Source of the DNA: Leptolyngbyaceae cyanobacterium
GTDB taxonomy: Bacteria > Cyanobacteriota > Cyanobacteriia > Phormidesmidales > Phormidesmidaceae
Reading direction: 5' to 3'
DNA: 64,000 nucleotides
Assembly (NCBI GenBank): GCA_965263355.1
Contig: CBDHHL010000056.1
Location: forward strand, 1,952,001 to 2,016,000
A program made the position numbers and the translations under genes. How positions within the stretch are numbered: the stretch's first letter is position 1; each line of letters opens with the position of its first letter. This document shows positions 30,815-40,119 of this stretch, one piece after another. The notes beneath the pieces were generated by a model. The model was not told the DNA's origin. It searched no databases and saw only the letters and a program-made list of their open reading frames with translations.

Positions 30815-31748
30815 AACTAGCAGCTTCCTCCGCACTTAGGGGTGTAAATAAATCTTGGCTTTCTAACTGGTGAACAATGTCATAATTAGTCTTGGTCATT
30901 AGGGATTTTAGGAGCTGCAGCCTCTGATGACTATGGCCGACGGTGTCTAACTGTTGCAAAATTTGCATGCGTTGAGGACGCGAGAGATGGCCTTTAGTGG
31001 TTGCGATCGCACTTAATACCCGCTGTGGTCCCACCCGCACCATCTGCAAAAAGGCAGCCAAACAGTCCACAATGGCAGTCTCACTATCGCAGGATAGCTC
31101 CGCCTGGTTAAACAAGATCACCCCCACTCCATGGTGCCGAGACTCTACCTGTAAAAAACTGTGAAACAACTCCCTCAGAGCAGCATCCGTACAGCTCCTG
31201 GCTAAGCTGCGATAATGGGTCAACCCCCACCCCTCTAGCACCACTTGCAATACAAATAGCAGCACAGTTTTGTCAGCACTCTCGACAATCTCGGACAGTA
31301 ACTGTAAGAATGGATCCTTGGGTGCAGCAGATACGCCATCTACTGCAAGATAGGGCAGGACATAGGGTTGCAGCTGGGCCAGATGAGTTGTTTCATCCGC
31401 CGTGAACAAACTGTATAACATTCGTTCTTGAGTGCTCTCGGCCATTAATACCATCTTGGCCATATAGCCCACACCAGCCTGCTCAATCCATAAAGATTCT
31501 TGTAACAGTAGCTGATTAAGTCGTTGTAAAATTTGTTGCTGCTCCAGAACAGTAGCTGCTTGAAAAATAGACACCCGATTTAAGGCGAAATAGTCTGCTG
31601 GCCAGTAGATAGGACATTCACCAGCCATAGACCTCCCAAGCAGATCTGGTTCTCCTAGGGCAGCCATCAAAACCCGATTGAGCTTGTTATCTGAGTCGAG
31701 GGTTGGCAAGTCAAAACCAGCTATTTGACCATGGTTTATTCCCATCAT
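30807..31748 (-). CDS. Ferritin-like diiron protein
   Basis: IEQAG..Y, ADETTH, LEGWG...Y and VESRH give two E...ExxH sets; GAGGAG RBS and ATGA overlap. Confidence 0.8.
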   Translation of the reverse strand: MMGINHGQIAGFDLPTLDSDNKLNRVLMAALGEPDLLGRSMAGECPIYWPADYFALNRVSIFQAATVLEQQQILQRLNQLLLQESLWIEQAGVGYMAKMVLMAESTQERMLYSLFTADETTHLAQLQPYVLPYLAVDGVSAAPKDPFLQLLSEIVESADKTVLLFVLQVVLEGWGLTHYRSLARSCTDAALRELFHSFLQVESRHHGVGVILFNQAELSCDSETAIVDCLAAFLQMVRVGPQRVLSAIATTKGHLSRPQRMQILQQLDTVGHSHQRLQLLKSLMTKTNYDIVHQLESQDLFTPLSAEEAASYG

Positions 31749-32806
31749 GTCACACTCCTCCAGTCTCCCCAAGTCAATGCCTTTTGCCGATTGGTATGTT
31801 GGGCAAACTGCAAGATCGATTGGTCTGCTTTTAGGGGTGTTTTAAAATCAAACCGAATGCCTTGAAATACTTGAATATCTCCAGTTGCAAAGTAGGCAGC
31901 AACCTGTCGAGTAATCCATAGAACAACAGGATTAATTAGTTTGCCACTAAAGCGTTTTGGCGTGATTAATATAGTCCAGCCCTCGGTTCTGCCCCCTGCC
32001 ATGGGCCGCAGAGCAAACATAATATGAAAGTGAAAAAAGTCTGGCCCTACGGTGACGGTGCCCGTACTGCCATACCAGTAGCACATTTTATAGGTCACCT
32101 CATTTTTATAGAGCGGACGAATCAATTTGACAAACCGGGAAGCCTCACCGCCACGGGTTGTATTATCTAGACAAAGAGCATTGTCATTCAAAATCCTGGC
32201 CTTAAACCGGACCTCCAGGGGGAGATTATGGACTGAATTAAAATGATGAGCATCAATGGCATTGACCATCAACACATTGGGATGACAATTACGCTCAAAG
32301 CGATAACTTAACACCGCATCACAGTCGACCCCAGCTAGCTCCGGTACATAGGGTGATGGCTGCCCCGGTTGCTCACCAGTCCAAACCCAAATCATGCCAT
32401 ATTGTTCAGCTGTCGGCCATGCATATAGTTTGGCGTTAGCCATCACATCACGGTGGTCACCACAGACAGGGATCTCAAGGCACTGCCCCGTAGTATCAAA
32501 CTGCCAATGATGTAGAGGACAACGAATTGTCTCACCATCTACCTTGCCCTGGGCTAATGCTGCTCCCATATGAGGACAGTAGCCATCTAAGGCAATCACT
32601 TGCCGACGACGCGTCCGATAGAGAACCAGGTCTCTTCCCATCAAGGTTAACGATTTTACCTGTCCAACTTTCAACTCGCGACAGGGCATCGCCCAATACC
32701 AGCCTTCAATAAAGCGATCAGGCCGATTAAAAACAGGATTTTTCTCACCATTTGACACCAACCGACTGATGAGATTTTGAGACACGGTTACAGAGTGACT
32801 ATTCAT
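31745..32806 (-). CDS. Rieske non-heme iron oxygenase 1
   Basis: YCPHMG...CPLHHW; NAIDAHHFNSVH. Confidence 0.92.
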   Translation of the reverse strand: MNSHSVTVSQNLISRLVSNGEKNPVFNRPDRFIEGWYWAMPCRELKVGQVKSLTLMGRDLVLYRTRRRQVIALDGYCPHMGAALAQGKVDGETIRCPLHHWQFDTTGQCLEIPVCGDHRDVMANAKLYAWPTAEQYGMIWVWTGEQPGQPSPYVPELAGVDCDAVLSYRFERNCHPNVLMVNAIDAHHFNSVHNLPLEVRFKARILNDNALCLDNTTRGGEASRFVKLIRPLYKNEVTYKMCYWYGSTGTVTVGPDFFHFHIMFALRPMAGGRTEGWTILITPKRFSGKLINPVVLWITRQVAAYFATGDIQVFQGIRFDFKTPLKADQSILQFAQHTNRQKALTWGDWRSVT

Positions 32807-32810
32807 ACTC

Positions 32811-33560
32811 CTAGGCCACTAAGGTTTGATTGCGACCAAACCACATCCGTCGCCCAGCGGCTGTCAGGTTCTCGGCACAGATTTCTGTCAGGCATACCAA
32901 TTCATCTCCCTGGCTATGGTCCGGATTGGCTCGCTCAAAGAATTGAATATGGGGGTCAGACTTTCGCTCTGGTGGCACTGTTCCCAAAATAGGCGATAAC
33001 TTTTGGGGCTGCGCAAAACGTACAATTCCGATGGTTGGATTATAGTTATCGCCAAATTGTTGTCGAGCTAAGGTATCCATCAGTTGTTGCATGGGCTCTG
33101 GTGTCGGCTGATCGTAGCAAGGGTAAAATGTTTGCCAAAATGTTGGCAGCAGTCGATAGGTGCGAAACCCCGAAGATATAAGTAACCAAAAGAGACGTTT
33201 CTCGGGGTGGCGCAGCTGATTGATCGCCTGAATCCAGGCCCGTGGTAACGTAGCACTACTCCAGGCGGAGGGATCCACAATGGTATCGCCAGAGTACACA
33301 ACACTAATGGGTTCTCCCTTGACCGTGACATCGTAAAGTCGCAGTGTGGAAAATCCTTTTAATTGGTTGAGTTTATTTTTGATCAATAAAACCCAGTTTT
33401 TACCCGCTAAATCGGCGGCAAACGTGGTTAAATTTACACCGCTAAAATGATGCTGCAGTAGACGATACATGGCAACACGATCGTCATTTTCTAATTGAGT
33501 AATGGACACCAGTTGGGAATACATCATGGCTGACAAATAAATTGATTGTGTTTCCCTCAA
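32811..33560 (-). CDS. GNAT-like hypothetical protein, first gene of the cluster
   Basis: LKGFST, VVYSGDTIVDPSAWSS, WLLISSGFRTYR, NP...GDELVCL; the acyltransferase fold is inferred. Confidence 0.6.
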   Translation of the reverse strand: MRETQSIYLSAMMYSQLVSITQLENDDRVAMYRLLQHHFSGVNLTTFAADLAGKNWVLLIKNKLNQLKGFSTLRLYDVTVKGEPISVVYSGDTIVDPSAWSSATLPRAWIQAINQLRHPEKRLFWLLISSGFRTYRLLPTFWQTFYPCYDQPTPEPMQQLMDTLARQQFGDNYNPTIGIVRFAQPQKLSPILGTVPPERKSDPHIQFFERANPDHSQGDELVCLTEICAENLTAAGRRMWFGRNQTLVA

Positions 33561-33843
33561 TCAAGCCCCTTGTACATAAAGTAGGACTTTGCACTCCTAA
33601 TTGCATTTAGCCCTATTTCGCTGGGAATACGCCATGAGGCCCATGAACTTATACCGCAGAACTGGTCCTAGCAAGAAAGTCGGCGAAGTGATCCGAAGCT
33701 GCCAATTGAGATCGGACCGTGGATATTCGGATTAAAATGGCCTGAACTTTATAAAGGTTGTGTAAAAAAACCTTGAATACCGTAACTTCGTTTGAACGAA
33801 TCGCTAAGTTGAGACTAGTTGATCTACATTTCTAACTGATTGC

Positions 33844-34281
33844 ATGTACTCACTACAGTCTGTTAAGGCTCGCGAAAAATCTAACAAAAAGATGGCAAAT
33901 GTCGTTGTAGTGGGGGCTGTAGGCGCGGTCATGGCCGTGGGTACATGGGTGGTCCTGTTTACGACCGGTGCAATTACCTTAGGCGGCGTTCCCTACTCAG
34001 TATTGATGACGGTATGGCAAAACCCAGCGGCGCGCTCAGCCCTTTTGGGGGGCGAGGCCACTAAATTGCACGACCTGATGGGCGAATTGGGCATTGAATA
34101 TGCCATCAAGGAATATTATCGCGATCGCATCAAGGATCCGGTCAAACTAGACCAGCACATCCACCAAATTTTGTTTGATCGAACGGGTTATGTAGGTGAA
34201 GCGTATACGGTCAAAGGCCGCACCCTAGTGCTGAAAGATCCGTCTAAAATTGAGAAACTTCAAAATTGTCCAAATTGTTAA
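33844..34281 (+). CDS. Conserved hypothetical protein with N-terminal TM segment
   Basis: LGGVP, LDQHIHQILFDRTGYVG; start may be the ATG at 33892. Confidence 0.65.
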   Translation: MYSLQSVKAREKSNKKMANVVVVGAVGAVMAVGTWVVLFTTGAITLGGVPYSVLMTVWQNPAARSALLGGEATKLHDLMGELGIEYAIKEYYRDRIKDPVKLDQHIHQILFDRTGYVGEAYTVKGRTLVLKDPSKIEKLQNCPNC

Positions 34282-35879
34282 AAAGGCATTTTTGATTTGA
34301 TTTGATTGATCAATAGTTTTGCCTCAGGAATACCTAACAGCAAAGCTGCTCCTGAAAATACCCCTAGACTGATTGCCCCCGCACCACACAGGACAATCAG
34401 GTTAATTAAAAAGCCTTCGGTGCCCAGCCAGGTCTCTAGACCTAAACGACTACCCCAGGCAGCTAGCCCCGATAGACCACTGCTAATCAGTAGCAAGACT
34501 AGCGGTCTAGCCCAGTCTAGCCAGGGTAAACCATTTATTTTGCGAGATAGCAAAATCAGCAGAGCCACCATAGATACCAGATTGACACCTACGGTAGCAA
34601 GCACTAAACCTGGGGCACCATAACGGCTGATTAAAATAAAGTCCAACAGAGCATTAAGGCCAATGTTAAATAAGCTAATGCGGAACGGGGTATCGCCATC
34701 GCCAAGGGCATAAAACACACGCACCAACACATCCCGACCCAAGTAGACAAACATGCCGACGCCGTAGGCAATTAACACTGAGGTCACTAACTGGGAGGCA
34801 CTTTTATCAAAGGCTCCCCGTTCGTACACCACTCGCACCATAGGCAAGGCCAGGGTAATAAATAGGGCACTCAGCGGCAACATGGTTAGCGCAGTCAGCA
34901 ATAGTCCTTGTCGAATTCGCTGCTTAAGTTCATCCCAATGGATCGGGTCCGCTAGACGGGCAAAAATAGGTAAAAAGGGCACCAAGATTACGTTGGAAAT
35001 AATGCCCAGGGGCGTCTGTACTAATAAGTTTGCATAGTCCAGAGCCGCAATTGTCCCCGGTAGAGCGGCGGCAAAAAACAGATCCACCTGCACATTGATC
35101 TGCATCATGCCCGATGAAAAGGTGGCTGGCCCCAACACGTTGAGGACGTCTTTAACCGCCGGGTCCTTAGTATTAAACCGCAGCCGCAGCCGTCCTAATC
35201 CCTGCTGCCAAAGCACAGGCACCTGAACCAGCCACTGTAGAACCGCCCCCACCAGGGTGCCAATGGCTAAAGCCGCACCACCGACAAGGGCATAACGCGG
35301 TTCTGCAATTTTGTTGCCTAAGGTAAAAAACACCACCCCTAAGGACACAATTACCGCACTGCTGGAAAACAATGGACTAATGGAGGGTAACCAGTAATGG
35401 TCAGCCGCATTCAGAGTGCCAAACCCAATGCCAATGAGACCGGCAAACATGGCCATAGGGGCCATAATCCGCAGCTGCAAAATAGCAATGTCGCGGGTAA
35501 TGGCTCCAGCTTCAGTATTTTCGCTCAAACGATTTCCTAAGACACCAATAATGGATGGTGCAAAAATCACAATGGCCAGGGTGACAAATAATAGGCCAAT
35601 GCCCACTAGCGTAGTAATAGTTTCTACCAGGGGGGCAATCTCATCTTTTTTACGGTTGGCCACACCGCGCACAATGGCACTGTGAAACGGGCCATTGATG
35701 CCCCCTAATAGAACCAGCAAAAATCCTGGGATAGCGTAGGCCAAACCATAGGCATCCGCCACTGGGCCAACGGCAAATGTGGCAGCAATCGCCTGGGTCC
35801 TTACTAAGCCAAAGACTTTACTAATTAGGGTTGCGATCGCAACAATACCGGCAATGCCAGCTAAAGAACGTTTGGTCAC
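34278..35879 (-). CDS. murJ: Lipid II flippase MurJ
   Basis: ATLISKVFGLVR, GGINGPFHSA, YERGAF, RVFYALGD. Confidence 0.95.
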   Translation of the reverse strand: MTKRSLAGIAGIVAIATLISKVFGLVRTQAIAATFAVGPVADAYGLAYAIPGFLLVLLGGINGPFHSAIVRGVANRKKDEIAPLVETITTLVGIGLLFVTLAIVIFAPSIIGVLGNRLSENTEAGAITRDIAILQLRIMAPMAMFAGLIGIGFGTLNAADHYWLPSISPLFSSSAVIVSLGVVFFTLGNKIAEPRYALVGGAALAIGTLVGAVLQWLVQVPVLWQQGLGRLRLRFNTKDPAVKDVLNVLGPATFSSGMMQINVQVDLFFAAALPGTIAALDYANLLVQTPLGIISNVILVPFLPIFARLADPIHWDELKQRIRQGLLLTALTMLPLSALFITLALPMVRVVYERGAFDKSASQLVTSVLIAYGVGMFVYLGRDVLVRVFYALGDGDTPFRISLFNIGLNALLDFILISRYGAPGLVLATVGVNLVSMVALLILLSRKINGLPWLDWARPLVLLLISSGLSGLAAWGSRLGLETWLGTEGFLINLIVLCGAGAISLGVFSGAALLLGIPEAKLLINQIKSKMPF

Positions 35880-36195
35880 TACATCCTCAACACTGAATAT
35901 TCAACTATGGCGTGTTGTGGAGCCAATCACAAACCTTTAGATCACAAACAACAAACCGGGAGACACAACCACCCTGCCCCTCTGCCAGTTTCCATTCCGC
36001 GATTTCACAGGAATTAGAGGCTATCAAGTTTCGAACATCCGTTCAATACGTATTTTTACGGTTAAAATTTTCTATCAATAGAAAAAAAGGCTGGATTTCC
36101 ACAGTTTTGATATCTAAAAACCTAATCTGGTCAGCGTTTGACCAAACTTCCCAACCTACACTGAACTAACACCTGTTTCTCAAACTTTATTCCCT

Positions 36196-36912
36196 ATGCC
36201 TCCGACCACAGTCTATGAGTTCCCCCCATTGCTAGAAGGCATCCTGATCAAGCGCTACAAGCGCTTTATGGCCGATATTGAACTGACATCTGGGGAAATG
36301 ATCACAGCCCATTGCCCCAATACTGGCCCCATGACTGGCGTCTGCCATGTCAACGGGCGCGTGATGGTATCCCACAGCGATAATCCCAAACGCAAACTTG
36401 CCTACACTTGGGAGCTGGCGGAGGTCAATGACAATGGTCCAACTTGGGTGGGGGTAAATACGGCCTTACCAAATCGGGTTATTCAAGCGGCCCTTGAGCA
36501 GCATCTATTTGAACAGTTAGGAGTCTACGACACGGTCAAACGGGAGGTGCCCTATGGCACTAAGAGCCGGATTGATTTTTTGTTGACCACCGATGAACAG
36601 CCAATATATGTGGAGGTAAAAAATTCTACTTGGGCTCAAGGGCGACTTTGTTTATTTCCAGATACGGTGACCACCCGAGGGCAAAAACATCTGCGGGAAC
36701 TGACTGCTCTCATACCAGATGCCCGTGCGGTTATGTTGTATTTCATCAATCGAGGCGATTGTGACCAATTTGCCCCTGGGGACAGTGCAGACCCTGACTA
36801 TGGTCAACTCCTCAGGGATGCGATCGCAGCAGGTGTTGAGATTCTGCCTTGTCGATTTAGCATTTCTCCCACTGACATTCAATACCTAGGTCTAGCCAAA
36901 TTAGTTCTATAA
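36196..36912 (+). CDS. sfsA: SfsA nuclease-family protein
   Basis: KRYKRFMAD, AHCPNTGPM, EVKN, FPDTVTTRGQKHLREL. Confidence 0.95.
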   Translation: MPPTTVYEFPPLLEGILIKRYKRFMADIELTSGEMITAHCPNTGPMTGVCHVNGRVMVSHSDNPKRKLAYTWELAEVNDNGPTWVGVNTALPNRVIQAALEQHLFEQLGVYDTVKREVPYGTKSRIDFLLTTDEQPIYVEVKNSTWAQGRLCLFPDTVTTRGQKHLRELTALIPDARAVMLYFINRGDCDQFAPGDSADPDYGQLLRDAIAAGVEILPCRFSISPTDIQYLGLAKLVL

Positions 36913-37040
36913 CTCAGACTGTATACCGCTGCAAATAGTACAGACAAACTAAAATAAAAATTTTGTAGTCTACCATTGCATTTTTTGACACATAGTTTTT
37001 TGTAGTTAGTGTTACCTTTTGACCGTGCTGTTGATTCTTA

Positions 37041-37116
37041 TTTTCCCCCGAACTTTTCCCCATAAAATCCACAAACTTTCCACAGGGCACCAGGGGTTTT
37101 CCACAGGTTTTCCACA
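37041..37116 (+). promoter_or_regulatory. Cluster of cyanobacterial-type DnaA boxes (TTTTCCACA)
   Basis: Perfect boxes at 37097 and 37108; one-mismatch boxes at 37054 and 37076; weaker boxes at 37041 and 37065; same strand, mostly 11-bp spacing, AT-rich flanks. Confidence 0.65.
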
Positions 37117-37471
37117 GGTTAGAACCAAGCATATACAGATAGCTCAATTCTGGGGATAGCGACATGTCCCTAAAGATTATGAGAAAGAAGCCAAAAAGAA
37201 TAAACTAATATTACAAAAAAGGTCTAAAACCCTATTGAATTGGTCATGGCCAGTTTGCTAATTGTGGGATTAAAAATCATATTGCCATTGACAATCCCCC
37301 TCACCATTAGCACAATCATTTGGCCACCCTTGATTATCTCAATTCCAACGACACTTAAAATTTGACGTTCAAGGTATCGATAGGATTGAAATTTCTAGTT
37401 GTGCCCCACTGCCGTTCCATTCCTTGAATTCTCAGAACCTACGTGCTGCAACTATTGAGGTTTTCCCATCC

Positions 37472-37672
37472 ATGAAAGTTACTGTTAGTATCCTGACGGA
37501 GATTCCTGAAGAACTTCATGAATCGCTTAAAAGGTATTTAGAAACTCATCCCGCATGGGATCAAGATCGAGTGCTTGCGGCAGCGCTGTCATTGTTCCTT
37601 TTACAAAACGGTGACAGCGATCGTCGAACCTCTAGAGTTTATCTAGACACCTTGTTCAACTACGCTGCTTAG
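37472..37672 (+). CDS. DUF2811 family protein
   Basis: EIPEELHESL..YLETHPAWDQDRV..AALSLFLLQNG. Confidence 0.85.
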   Translation: MKVTVSILTEIPEELHESLKRYLETHPAWDQDRVLAAALSLFLLQNGDSDRRTSRVYLDTLFNYAA

Positions 37673-37746
37673 TTACTTGTTAGAGAAACGTGGCCTAGTT
37701 AGTTACGATTCATCTGACTTCTTAAATTAAAAAAAAGTAGTCAATA

Positions 37747-37804
37747 AATTTTCCCTCACTAGGCCAGTATCTTTTTTCGGAGACTGATTCAGTGAGGGAA
37801 AATT
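37747..37804. repeat. Long stem-loop downstream of the DUF2811 gene
   Basis: AATTTTCCCTCACT and AGTGAGGGAAAATT perfect 14-bp arms plus inner CAGTATC/GAGACTG pairing. Confidence 0.65.
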
Positions 37805-37967
37805 AGTAGATAAGTTTCAACAACTAAAAATCAAAGGCATTAGACTATATGTTCAATATGGTCAAAGTCTTCTTTAATCCAATTCTGAGAGCTAAAAGCT
37901 CTTCAGTCCTTACGATCTAGGAGGCTTGGGTATATTAGTATCAATGCAATAGTTTGTAGCTCGATCC

Positions 37968-38696
37968 ATGGCTGAGCCCTCTGCCCAAACCAGTACGCGT
38001 TATCCCTCTAGTCAAGCTGCCCAAAAATTAAAAAACATTTTTCAGCAGATTACCGACCAGAGTTGCCCCCATCACTATAATTTCCACATGCATACCCATT
38101 GTTCCGATGGGAAGCTCAGCCCTAGTGAGCTAATGGAGCAAGCTATTGGATTGCAGCTAAAGGGATTTGCCATTACTGACCACCATACTATTCGCGGCTA
38201 TCAGCAAGCATGTCAGTGGATAGAAAACTGGCGTTGGAAACATCCATCCAGTTGGTCTCCCAGTCGGGTGGGGGTAAAATTACCGAGAATTTGGTGCGGT
38301 GTTGAAATTACGTCTAGTTTGCTAGATGTGGATGTTCATATCTTGGGTTATGCCTTTAACCCAGAGCATCAAAGCCTGAAACAGTACCTGCAAGGGGCTG
38401 CCCCTAGCGGAGAACAACGACATGCCAACCAAGTGATCCAGGCGATTCAATCAGCTGGAGGCATAGCTGTTTTAGCCCATCCGGTCAGGTACCGTCTTTC
38501 TCCTGAAGAACTTATCCCAGCGGCAGCAGCGTTGGGCATTGATGGTGTCGAAACTTACTATGCCTATGATCATCCTGCTGAATGGCGGCCAACACCCAAA
38601 AAGACAGAACGTGTACAAACCCTAGCAGCAACCTACGATTTGCTCAGCACATGTGGCACAGACAGTCATGGTATGACCCTAACACGACGGATTTAG
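37968..38696 (+). CDS. PHP domain phosphoesterase
   Basis: FHMHTHCSDG, AITDHH, GVEI, VHILGY, LAHP, GTDSH. Confidence 0.9.
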   Translation: MAEPSAQTSTRYPSSQAAQKLKNIFQQITDQSCPHHYNFHMHTHCSDGKLSPSELMEQAIGLQLKGFAITDHHTIRGYQQACQWIENWRWKHPSSWSPSRVGVKLPRIWCGVEITSSLLDVDVHILGYAFNPEHQSLKQYLQGAAPSGEQRHANQVIQAIQSAGGIAVLAHPVRYRLSPEELIPAAAALGIDGVETYYAYDHPAEWRPTPKKTERVQTLAATYDLLSTCGTDSHGMTLTRRI

Positions 38697-38731
38697 GCAT
38701 AAACTGCATCATCCAAGTTAAAATTTGGGGC

Positions 38732-39925
38732 TTACTCTTCTGAAACAGGGGTTTCTGGATTATTGCGTACTGTTTCAAAAATCTCTTCAGCACTTCTACA
38801 GTTCTCGTCGTCGTAGTTTACGACCAACTCAAAGGGATAGCGAACGATATTCTCGGTTTCGGGAAATTCACTACTCATTAGGGTGTCTAAAGCAGCCTGA
38901 TTCAGGTAATCATATCCTGTGCTCCGGAGCACCGTCGGCTTACTAGGGGTCCCATCTGGAGCTACTAAAACACCGATTTCCCCATTGATTGGCGGAGTTT
39001 GAGCACAGAGGTTAAACTCTGCATCTATGGTCAGCTCCCCGATTTCCGCTGTTTCAATGGTGCCCTCACTGTCTTCATCCGGTTGAACTTGCCATGCTTG
39101 GTAGTTAGCCTCTACCTCTTCGACAGTGGTGTTTGTAGGGTCATACTTGAATTTGGCCGTTAGCCTCTCCAGACGAGAGGGCTCAGGTGTGAGCTCTGTG
39201 TTGGCAGCGATCTCAAGATTTTCACCATCTTGAGCATCGTCCGCTGGTAAATCGGACGCTTCAGGCAGTTCAGGTAGCCCCTCTGGAACGTCAGTCTGCT
39301 CAGCATCAGCCGCCGCCAGTTGTTGTTCGAGTTCAAGTTCCCTTGCTAGTGTATCTTCGCTTGTATCGTTAATAACACTGGGCGGGGGTTGAGGAATATC
39401 GGTAATCACCGCAGTGCGTCTATCGCTACTTTGCTCCGATCTAGAAGGGGTATTCCGAATGGAAAGACTCGGTGGTGTAGTGTATGGATTACGGAACGGA
39501 CGGTTACGACTTAATCGATTAGGTGGTTTAGACGATGGCGTAGTTAGACGACTGTTGGAACGATCAAAAATACTTGAGCGATTGAATATGCTTGCATTGG
39601 GCAGGTTATTGACCGAAGGTCTTGGCGTTCTAATATCAGGTATAGAGGGCAACTGTGGAGGACTGAAGTCAGGTAGCCGTGCTTGATCTGCTGCGGACAG
39701 GGTCACCAGTGGCACTGTGCGAGGTGCAGATAGGCCATCTTCCTCACTAAACGCAGCAAATGACACAGAAGAAAAGCGCGGAATAGCAGTAAACAACACC
39801 GCGTGAAAGCTCAATGATGCGATCGCAGCAACGCTGTAGGGACCAGTTAAAATAGCTGTGATTTTTCCAACAATGGTTGTCGCTATAGATGAACGCTGGG
39901 AAGATAACTCGGATGATTTAGGCAT
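38732..39925 (-). CDS. TonB-like protein (TM anchor, Pro-rich linker, TonB C-terminal-like domain)
   Basis: SLSFHAVL TM motif; VLRSTGYDYLNQAA. Confidence 0.65.
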   Translation of the reverse strand: MPKSSELSSQRSSIATTIVGKITAILTGPYSVAAIASLSFHAVLFTAIPRFSSVSFAAFSEEDGLSAPRTVPLVTLSAADQARLPDFSPPQLPSIPDIRTPRPSVNNLPNASIFNRSSIFDRSNSRLTTPSSKPPNRLSRNRPFRNPYTTPPSLSIRNTPSRSEQSSDRRTAVITDIPQPPPSVINDTSEDTLARELELEQQLAAADAEQTDVPEGLPELPEASDLPADDAQDGENLEIAANTELTPEPSRLERLTAKFKYDPTNTTVEEVEANYQAWQVQPDEDSEGTIETAEIGELTIDAEFNLCAQTPPINGEIGVLVAPDGTPSKPTVLRSTGYDYLNQAALDTLMSSEFPETENIVRYPFELVVNYDDENCRSAEEIFETVRNNPETPVSEE

Positions 39926-40119
39926 GACACATTGAGGGCACTATTCCCCAGTGCAAAGGAGCACCGAGATAATCAGCAAAGAAACCTAAGGGAATCTTCA
40001 ATCTTTCAATCAGGATAGACAATTTAAGGACAAGTTGTATCACAGTTAGCCAGTTACAGAATTGACAAACCAGCGTTTCTCCATGGGAAAGGCTATGTCA
40101 ACGCACTATCGCGACACCC

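Noticed and set aside
35912..36169. 85-aa ORF between murJ and sfsA
   Set aside because: No motif, and it occupies the divergent promoter region
36914..37165. 83-aa minus-strand ORF
   Set aside because: Its LWKTCGK/CGK residues are the translation of the DnaA-box repeats; probably non-coding
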